Of a stretch of 32,326 nucleotides of DNA, positions 7,171-13,544 are shown one piece after another (positions within the stretch are counted from its first letter, which is position 1; each line of letters begins with the position of its first letter). The notes below the pieces were generated by a model. It ran no database searches, was not told where the DNA came from, and saw nothing but the letters and a program-made list of their open reading frames with translations. The stretch spans positions 1 through 32,326 of IMG/VR virus record IMGVR_UViG_3300029318_000050; one strand, 5' to 3'. This DNA comes from a virus. Taxonomy: Duplodnaviria > Caudoviricetes. The translations under genes and the position numbers were made by a program.

Positions 7171-8033
7171 AAATTAACAAATTATTAGAAGAAGGATATA
7201 CAAAAACTTTGCCGAAAAAGTGGACAGATGAAGATGTTAAGTTGCTAAAAAAATATAAAAAAGAAAATTTTGGATTTTCTGAAATTAGTGGTTTGTTAAA
7301 CAGAAGTGAAGTTTCTGTTAGAGTTAAATGGAAAAGAATTAATAAAAAAAATAACACATATAATAAATCTCATATAAAAGAAAAATATGATAATAACCTT
7401 TATTTCATAAACTATATAAAACCAAGAACTATTTTAGATGTTTTTGCTGGAGAATATAGTTACTACGAAAAATTAGAAAAAAAACTTATAAAGATAAATG
7501 AAAACTTTTTTACTAAGATTGTTACTAATGATAAAAGCGTAAATAAAGATGATGGCAGTCAGCATGATTACAAAATGGACTCTTTGAAATTGTTATGCTA
7601 CTTATATTATAAAAATGAAAACTTTGATTTAATTGATCTTGATCCCTTTGGTAGTGCTTATGAAAGTTTTGACTTAGCAATAAAAATGGCAAAAAAGGGA
7701 ATTATTATTACCTATGGTGAAATAGGTCATAAAAGATTTAAAAGGTTAGATTTTGTAAAAAGATTTTACAATATAAAAAATTTAGAAGATTTCACGAAAG
7801 AAAATTTAATTTGCAAAACACAAGAAATAGGTTTGCAAAATAAAAAAAATTTAAAACCAAAAATAATTTTTGAAGCTAGAAATATTTTAAGAGTTTATTA
7901 TGAAATTTCAAAAAACAAAATTGATGTTAGAAAAAACAAAGAAACATTTACAAAAGAAAATTTTGAAAAAAATTCTAGTTCACAGGAAGATATTACAAAA
8001 GATTTTACAAATTTATTTACAGGAAAATTATGA
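7167..8033 (+). CDS. HTH-fused class I SAM-dependent methyltransferase
   Basis: N-terminal KWTDEDVKLL...SEISGLLNRSEVSV (Myb/GcrA-like HTH). Motif I ILDVFAG, and FDLIDLDPFGS. Confidence 0.75.
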   Translation: MKINKLLEEGYTKTLPKKWTDEDVKLLKKYKKENFGFSEISGLLNRSEVSVRVKWKRINKKNNTYNKSHIKEKYDNNLYFINYIKPRTILDVFAGEYSYYEKLEKKLIKINENFFTKIVTNDKSVNKDDGSQHDYKMDSLKLLCYLYYKNENFDLIDLDPFGSAYESFDLAIKMAKKGIIITYGEIGHKRFKRLDFVKRFYNIKNLEDFTKENLICKTQEIGLQNKKNLKPKIIFEARNILRVYYEISKNKIDVRKNKETFTKENFEKNSSSQEDITKDFTNLFTGKL

Positions 8034-8212
8034 AAAAAAATAATAAATTAGAAAAACAAGTTATGGCAGATGGCATTTTGTTATATCTTGAACAACTTAA
8101 CCAAAAAGAAATATTATCTGTTGCAGATAAAAAAAAATTTAATACTGCTCTTGATATTGCTTTGAAATACAACTTAAAAATTATGGATTGGGAAAATGAA
8201 AGAAAATCATAA
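8030..8212 (+). CDS. Hypothetical protein (60 aa)
   Basis: AGGAAAATTATG start context, ATGA overlap. Confidence 0.7.
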   Translation: MKKNNKLEKQVMADGILLYLEQLNQKEILSVADKKKFNTALDIALKYNLKIMDWENERKS

Positions 8213-8426
8213 AATGCAAAATTCATGGGAAGCCATGAGCAAGGCAAGGACAGAAAAATACCAAGCGTATAAAAAAGATGTCATGCCAATTATCAAAGAA
8301 ATACAAGCATCAGGTATAAAAACTTTACAAGGTATTGCTGATGCTTTATCAGACAAAGAAATCAAAACTAGGTATGGCAAAGATATTTGGCATCCATCAC
8401 AAGTTAAGAATTTATTGGAACGATGA
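8196..8426 (+). CDS. Stand-alone serine-recombinase-type DNA-binding (Recombinase) domain protein
   Basis: PIIKEIQASGIKTLQGIADAL...IKTRYG..WHPSQVKNLL. No catalytic resolvase domain. Confidence 0.7.
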   Translation: MKENHKMQNSWEAMSKARTEKYQAYKKDVMPIIKEIQASGIKTLQGIADALSDKEIKTRYGKDIWHPSQVKNLLER

Positions 8427-8617
8427 AAAAGAAATTAAAACTACTACTCAACAATTCACACGACAGCATCTATGTTGATTTTGCTGATTTCAGATGCGTG
8501 TTTAAAGAACATGGCATTACTTGTGTTTATTTGGTTAGTAGAGAAGAACCGATTGAATGCCGCGATTCTGTAGATGAAATATCAGACCAAGTTTATAAAT
8601 ATTATGGCCAAAGTTAA
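8423..8617 (+). CDS. Small protein with FlbD-like pattern (64 aa)
   Basis: IYVD...TCVYL...IECRDSVDEI resembles the FlbD-like small beta fold. Confidence 0.5.
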   Translation: MKKKLKLLLNNSHDSIYVDFADFRCVFKEHGITCVYLVSREEPIECRDSVDEISDQVYKYYGQS

Positions 8618-8885
8618 AAGAACCTTTAGCAATGCAGTCAGAATGCCATATCAGGATGCCATAGGTATAATATTGAAAGTTATTGATTATCACAATGAAC
8701 AAGCTAGGAAGGATTTTGGCAACCATCAATTCCATAGCAAACAAGCAACAGTTTTAAAACTCTGGCTCATTGATCTAAAAGAATTTATCATTAAGCATGA
8801 AAAAAAAGAATCCCTATCAGTACAAACAACCAAAGAAGAAACAGGGAGAGAAAAAGTTTTATCAAAGTTTGATGAAAATGTATAA
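8604..8885 (+). CDS. Hypothetical protein (~93 aa; start MAKVKR preferred)
   Basis: The shorter start gives a normal small overlap. Operon position. Confidence 0.7.
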   Translation: MAKVKRTFSNAVRMPYQDAIGIILKVIDYHNEQARKDFGNHQFHSKQATVLKLWLIDLKEFIIKHEKKESLSVQTTKEETGREKVLSKFDENV

Positions 8886-8908
8886 ACAAAATAAACAAGG
8901 AGAAGAAG

Positions 8909-9892
8909 ATGAAAACAAAAAAAATTGACCATACTGCTGAAGCTGTTGGAAAACTAACACCTGATTATGAAATCAGTTGTAGTTTGTTAGAGCCAATAAT
9001 TACAGGACAAAATCCCTATCAAACTAGGAATCAAGTATTAGAGAATTGTCATAAAGCCTTGAAAGGTGAAGATATAAGAATACCTACTAATAATTATATG
9101 GAAGTTGGAAATGTCTTAGAAAAACCTGTAGCTGAATTGGCAGCTAAAAGGATTGGCTTATTGGATATACAATTAGTAGTAGAAGAAGCTGTAAGACATA
9201 ATAAGGTCACACTAAATGGCTCAATAGATTGTATTGGTGTGGCAGACAATTTATTTATTACCAAAGATGTAGATAAAGGTTTTTATTGTCCTGAACTTGA
9301 AGATGGTGAAGGCATGAAAGTTAATGGTAAAGGAGTTGTGGAGATAAAAATTACCAATGCACCATTAAGCGAAAGCCTACCAACCTATCGTGGTGTTATA
9401 CAGGTAAAAGGTTTGATGGCTATTACCGAATATTCTTGGGCGGTAGTGTGTGTTTTGAATGGTTCTGATCTAAGAATGTATTTCTATCAACGTGATGAAC
9501 AATGGGAGAAAGAAGTGCTTGAACCTACAGTCATAGACTTTAACAACAGGATTGCACATTGTGATTGGTATGATCCTTTTGATACAAAGGAAGCCGGTTA
9601 TATCACACCGCAAGACAATGGCGAATCTACTGAACTAACCAAGCAGGACCAAGTACAGATAGACAACATTATGGCTTGGGAAGCACAGATAAAGAACCTA
9701 AAGGACAATATCGAAGAAGCTAAGAAAAGCATAATGATGTCTATGAAAGACGCTAAGGAAGGCTATTCTGAGAGCCATAAGGTCGTGTGGCAGACAATTA
9801 ATTACAAAGCACAACCTGAGAAGGTAGTGCCTGCAAAAGAAGCCTACACTTCAAGAAGATTTAGTATCAAAGAATTACCAAAAAAAGATTAA
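8909..9892 (+). CDS. YqaJ/lambda-exonuclease-family recombination nuclease
   Basis: GQNPYQT, GNVLEKPV, GSID, VEIK, IQVKGLM, and a C-terminal coiled coil. Confidence 0.85.
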   Translation: MKTKKIDHTAEAVGKLTPDYEISCSLLEPIITGQNPYQTRNQVLENCHKALKGEDIRIPTNNYMEVGNVLEKPVAELAAKRIGLLDIQLVVEEAVRHNKVTLNGSIDCIGVADNLFITKDVDKGFYCPELEDGEGMKVNGKGVVEIKITNAPLSESLPTYRGVIQVKGLMAITEYSWAVVCVLNGSDLRMYFYQRDEQWEKEVLEPTVIDFNNRIAHCDWYDPFDTKEAGYITPQDNGESTELTKQDQVQIDNIMAWEAQIKNLKDNIEEAKKSIMMSMKDAKEGYSESHKVVWQTINYKAQPEKVVPAKEAYTSRRFSIKELPKKD

Positions 9893-9899
9893 GTTTTTG

Positions 9900-9963
9900 T
9901 TGCAATAGTTGTAAATATTATTAATATAATAATCATAATTTACAAAAAAGGAGAAAATTATGA
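9900..9963 (+). promoter_or_regulatory. Second-family repeated promoter + RBS
   Basis: 9900-9931 is 28/32 identical to 10647-10678. Ends in AAGGAGAAAATTATG. Confidence 0.75.
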
Positions 9964-10187
9964 CTGAGAAATATAGAAAAGGTAATGATGCTAAAAAGCT
10001 AGGTGCTCTTAATGCAGTTAATTTACTTAAAGATAGCTTGAAAAATTACCAAGAAGCACAAAAAAGAAACTCAAGAGCAAAAGATGGTAATTATAAATCT
10101 CTTGACCTTAAGTATTTGGCTGATGCTCTTAGAGGAGTGGAACAACAAGTACAAAGTGACAATTACTATGATGAAGGAGGTGCTTAA
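9960..10187 (+). CDS. Hypothetical protein (75 aa)
   Basis: Has its own promoter/RBS and terminator. Confidence 0.8.
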   Translation: MTEKYRKGNDAKKLGALNAVNLLKDSLKNYQEAQKRNSRAKDGNYKSLDLKYLADALRGVEQQVQSDNYYDEGGA

Positions 10188-10224
10188 CGGCTAAAAAGAT
10201 TTAAAAAATAACTAATTCCCCCTT

Positions 10225-10262
10225 AAGAGAGTCAGATAGAAATATTTGGCTCTCTTTTTTTA
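10225..10262 (+). terminator. Rho-independent terminator
   Basis: AAGAGAGTCAGATA-gaaa-TATTTGGCTCTCTT followed by a T run. Confidence 0.85.
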
Positions 10263-10278
10263 TGTAAATAAATAAAAC

Positions 10279-10348
10279 AATAGTTGTAATTCTCTGTCAG
10301 TTTGCTATATTTACAATATAATTTTAATTAACAAGGAGAAAATTATGA
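10279..10348 (+). promoter_or_regulatory. Repeated promoter + RBS element, copy B
   Basis: Near-identical to 5343-5412 (minus strand) and 29536-29606. Confidence 0.9.
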
Positions 10349-10581
10349 AAATAACTAAATTAATAACAAAAACTTACTACGAGTACAAAGGATTTGGAAT
10401 TATAGAACACCATGCTAATCATCAATGGTTGGCAAACACTATAAAAGTAGTAGATGGCAAAGGTGCATCATTCACACCTTACTTTAGAGAAGTAAATACT
10501 CTTGAACAAGCCAAGTCATTTGTAGATAGAATGATAAAAGATAAAGACTTTTACTCTCTATGCAGAAAAAAGATAGATTGA
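10345..10581 (+). CDS. Hypothetical protein (78 aa), cargo of cassette B
   Basis: Flanked by the shared promoter and terminator. Similar to 29603-29815. Confidence 0.85.
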   Translation: MKITKLITKTYYEYKGFGIIEHHANHQWLANTIKVVDGKGASFTPYFREVNTLEQAKSFVDRMIKDKDFYSLCRKKID

Positions 10582-10595
10582 TTTTTTTCTTTAGG

Positions 10596-10624
10596 AAAGC
10601 CACCTAATCAGGTGGCTTTTTTTT
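10596..10624 (+). terminator. Rho-independent terminator, cassette B
   Basis: AAAGCCACCT-aatc-AGGTGGC followed by T8. Confidence 0.9.
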
Positions 10625-10646
10625 ATGTAGATCAATAAGATAATTG

Positions 10647-10710
10647 TTGCAATTGTTGTAAAAATCATTAACATAATAGTTGTAATTATCAATAAAGGAG
10701 AAAATTATGA
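10647..10710 (+). promoter_or_regulatory. Second-family repeated promoter + RBS
   Basis: The 5' part matches 9900-9931. The 3' 31 bp are identical to 5484-5514. Confidence 0.8.
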
Positions 10711-11636
10711 CTAAATTATTTGATGGTATAGCAGAAGCAGATTTTATTACAGGTGATAAATCTGATACTTCTTCTATTAGAGAAGTCAATTATCTTGAAC
10801 AGGCAAAGCCTTTTTCAAGTTCTAAAAAAACAGATAAGCCTTTTAAGTGTGAAGCTTGTAATGGTTCAGGTATCTGGAAAAAATCTTATCACTATGCTAC
10901 AGGTGAAGTTAAGACTTTTGAAAATACTTGTTATAAATGCAAAGGTTCAGGCGGTTTTATGACTTCTGCTGAAGATAGACAAAAAGCTAAAATCGACAGA
11001 AAGAAAAAAAGACGTGCTGAAGAAAACGCTAACTTTGATTCATTTGCCAAAGAACACAAAGAAGTTTGCATTTATATTTTAGAGAATACTTGTGACATGG
11101 CTCGTAAGTATGATGATTGGAATAAATTTATGACCGACCTTGCTGAGAAAATTCGCAAGTATGGTGAGTTATCTGATAAGCAAATTGCAGTTGTTGAGAA
11201 AGCTATACAAAGACAAAAGGATTGGGAAGCTAAAAAAAATCAACCTACTGCAAATATCAACATATCAGTTGTTAGAGATAAACTTCTGCTTGGCAAAGAA
11301 ACTTGGAAAAGACCTGTACTAAGAGCAGGTGATACTTTCAAATTTACTTTAGCACCTGAAACAAGTAAAAATGCTGGTTGTGTTTATGTCAAACACCATG
11401 ACACTTACATAGGCAAGATTGACCAAAAAAATGATTTCTTTGGCTATAAGACTACAAAAGAGCAAATAACTTACCTAAAAGAATTTGCTAAAGATCCTTT
11501 GAAAGAATTAAAGGCTTTTGGTTCTAATACAGGAAACTGTGGTTTTTGTGGTAGAGCCTTAACTAAAAAAGAATCATATACAGTTGGCTATGGTCCTGTG
11601 TGTGCTGAGAAATTTAACTTACCTTATGGAGAATAA
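10707..11636 (+). CDS. DnaJ-type zinc-finger + DUF6011-like protein
   Basis: CEACNGSG and CYKCKGSG repeats. C-terminal CGFCGRALT..ES...GYGPVCA. Confidence 0.75.
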   Translation: MTKLFDGIAEADFITGDKSDTSSIREVNYLEQAKPFSSSKKTDKPFKCEACNGSGIWKKSYHYATGEVKTFENTCYKCKGSGGFMTSAEDRQKAKIDRKKKRRAEENANFDSFAKEHKEVCIYILENTCDMARKYDDWNKFMTDLAEKIRKYGELSDKQIAVVEKAIQRQKDWEAKKNQPTANINISVVRDKLLLGKETWKRPVLRAGDTFKFTLAPETSKNAGCVYVKHHDTYIGKIDQKNDFFGYKTTKEQITYLKEFAKDPLKELKAFGSNTGNCGFCGRALTKKESYTVGYGPVCAEKFNLPYGE

Positions 11637-11637
11637 T

Positions 11638-11877
11638 ATGGATTATATTGAAATAGAAGTTGCGAAGGACGATACCGTCCTTCCGCAATTAGCAAAAAAT
11701 ATTTTGAATATATTGAATAATAATTATCAATATGTTCACAATAACAAGTTATCTGATTCTGATAGAAAAAAACTTATTGAAGTATCTAATAAGTTAATAG
11801 ACATCAACCAAGATTTGCTTGATTTTATATATCCTGACAGACCTAAAGTTGCTGTCAAATATATAGAAGATTGCTAA
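11638..11877 (+). CDS. Hypothetical protein (79 aa; start MDYIEI)
   Basis: GGAGA RBS before ATG at 11638, just after the previous stop. Confidence 0.7.
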   Translation: MDYIEIEVAKDDTVLPQLAKNILNILNNNYQYVHNNKLSDSDRKKLIEVSNKLIDINQDLLDFIYPDRPKVAVKYIEDC

Positions 11878-12311
11878 TTATCTCCCCCTGTGACGAGCAA
11901 GAAGTTTCTTTTTGCTCGTCCTTTTACTTGTACCGCATAAGTAGAGTCCAATAGTTCTTCACCAGCTAGTTCAAAATCTCTTTCTTCCATAGCCTCAAGC
12001 ATCTTGGTAAATCTACATAACTTTTTGATGCCCAAATTAAAACACATATCTGCCAAAACTAATCTGACGTTGTAGGGCATTGATTGCCAAAAAGGTATGT
12101 TTCTATCTAAATCTGCAAAGACACCATCCATGTCATTTGCTAACAATACTTCTGCTTCTTGGACAGTTATCCCATTGTCAGTCAGATTGCGACCAACACC
12201 AATTGTAGTTTTATCGCTAGTACATTGATAAGGTTTAAGTTCCATGCCTTCATTCTTGATAAGCATTTCTTTTAAATCATCAATCAGTTCTTTAGTGACA
12301 CCTGTTTCCAT
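11874..12311 (-). CDS. Endolysin, T4-like/GH24 lysozyme
   Basis: NEG.ELKPYQC.SDKTTIGVGRNL, DMCFNLG, FTKML.A, ELLDS.YAVQV..RA. Confidence 0.9.
   Translation of the reverse strand: METGVTKELIDDLKEMLIKNEGMELKPYQCTSDKTTIGVGRNLTDNGITVQEAEVLLANDMDGVFADLDRNIPFWQSMPYNVRLVLADMCFNLGIKKLCRFTKMLEAMEERDFELAGEELLDSTYAVQVKGRAKRNFLLVTGGDN
11892..11925 (+). terminator. Probable terminator of rightward transcription, embedded in the lysozyme gene
   Basis: GACGAGCAAGAAG-ttt-CTTTTTGCTCGTC followed by CTTTT, 15 nt after the last plus-strand stop. Confidence 0.6.
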
Positions 12312-12733
12312 TATGGTTTGTACGAATCTTTGACGTTTTCTTCACGCATATTGTTTCTAGCAACACCTCTGTATTTCTCGAAACTTCTCATGCCTGATAA
12401 TCCTAATAAAGATAATGTCAAAGTCATAAGACCTTCAGTATCAATTTCAGGTGGCACAATATCAATAGTAAATGTCCACACCACCCAATTAAGTATTGGT
12501 GCAAAGAAATATGCCCATGCTAATCCCAATGCACATATCCACATGATTGCAGGTCTAGCACCTGCGACAAAGATAGAACCATGTTTTGCTTGTGCAAGAT
12601 TTATTTCATTTTGTGATTTTTGCAAGTCTATCATTTGTGACTTAATACTTGCTTCTAATTCCATACGCTTAGTTTTATCAGGTATGGCTTTACCAATTAG
12701 ATCACTTATCGGTTTAAAAAATTTATCAATCAT
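12311..12733 (-). CDS. Holin (3TM / GTA-holin-like)
   Basis: INLAQAKHGSIFVAGARPAIMWIC...LLGLSGMRSFEK pattern, TM helices, adjacent to the lysozyme. Confidence 0.85.
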   Translation of the reverse strand: MIDKFFKPISDLIGKAIPDKTKRMELEASIKSQMIDLQKSQNEINLAQAKHGSIFVAGARPAIMWICALGLAWAYFFAPILNWVVWTFTIDIVPPEIDTEGLMTLTLSLLGLSGMRSFEKYRGVARNNMREENVKDSYKP

Positions 12734-13088
12734 CTTCTTTGCCCTCCAAAATGTTTTTTAGTTTTTGTCGCTTTTCATAAGCAGAATCTTGGTGTAAGTC
12801 TTTATCAACTATCTTTTCTAATTTAAGGGATTCAATCTTGGTATTGCTGATATACCGCCATGTGTAGCCATCGCGACCATAAACACCAAAGACAGTAGTA
12901 CCCATGCCTATTTTAATTATCATGGCTTGTTCGCCATCTAATAAGACCTTATCGCCTTCATTAAATTGTGAGTTAAGTTTAAATTTAAGACCTTTGATAA
13001 AAGATACAGAATAATCTTTTAGAGCAAGTCCGCCTAAGACACTTGCTATAAATATTGAGATTTCAACATAATATTCTTCAATGTTCAT
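12726..13088 (-). CDS. Minimal MscS-like membrane protein (TM3 + beta domain)
   Basis: One TM segment, then GLALKDYSVSFIKG...FNEGDKVLLDG..AMIIKIG...T...YISN, matching the MscS signature region. Confidence 0.6.
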   Translation of the reverse strand: MNIEEYYVEISIFIASVLGGLALKDYSVSFIKGLKFKLNSQFNEGDKVLLDGEQAMIIKIGMGTTVFGVYGRDGYTWRYISNTKIESLKLEKIVDKDLHQDSAYEKRQKLKNILEGKEDD

Positions 13089-13089
13089 T

Positions 13090-13329
13090 TCACATGAAGA
13101 AGGCATTTATCACTAGGGAAGATAATAGACCGATAACGATTCCAGCTATCTGCCATAATCTTTTATTGGTAGTATTTATATCCGATTCAATAGAATCTAA
13201 TCTGCGAAAGTTTTCCTTCCATTTTTGTTCGCAAACTCTTTCATGTCTATCTAAAGAGTTAGCTACTTGTTCAACAGTTGGCTTTTTAGTCGATTGTCTT
13301 GGTTTCGCTGTCGCTTTCTTTCTCGGCAT
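13090..13329 (-). CDS. Small coiled-coil + C-terminal TM protein (lysis-associated)
   Basis: LDRHERVCEQKW...RLDSIE followed by a hydrophobic C-terminus. Confidence 0.7.
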   Translation of the reverse strand: MPRKKATAKPRQSTKKPTVEQVANSLDRHERVCEQKWKENFRRLDSIESDINTTNKRLWQIAGIVIGLLSSLVINAFFM

Positions 13330-13543
13330 TTCCTATACCCCTAAGGCTTTCTAATAAAGATTTTGATTTAAGATCAACCAATTGTTTTTTATCAGCAAAT
13401 TCTCTAGCCATTGGTTCAATCTCAATACATCTTTGTTGCAAGGCTAAGACATCATCAAATAAACTTCTTTGTTCATCGGTCATATCTTCTTTGTTGTATT
13501 CTTCTACCTCACCATTATCGTTTCTAACTTGTATATCTGCCAT
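13286..13543 (-). CDS. Hypothetical protein (85 aa) following the tail fibre
   Basis: GAGGG RBS. EYNKEDMTDEQ followed by a coiled coil. Confidence 0.75.
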   Translation of the reverse strand: MADIQVRNDNGEVEEYNKEDMTDEQRSLFDDVLALQQRCIEIEPMAREFADKKQLVDLKSKSLLESLRGIGNAEKESDSETKTID

Positions 13544-13544
13544 A

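Noticed and set aside
8196-8426. Calling the phage temperate on the basis of a recombinase
   Set aside because: No catalytic domain, att site or CI-like repressor was recognised. Lifestyle is unresolved.
6095-10789. Minus-strand ORFs 6095-6277, 7052-7357, 8017-8247, 8535-8744, 8726-8932 and 10604-10789
   Set aside because: Antisense to a fully packed plus-strand operon. Their hydrophobicity reflects the reverse complement of Lys/Glu-rich codons.
10753-11322. Alternative-frame ORFs 10753-10962 and 11140-11322
   Set aside because: Nested in the 309-aa gene and lacking an RBS.
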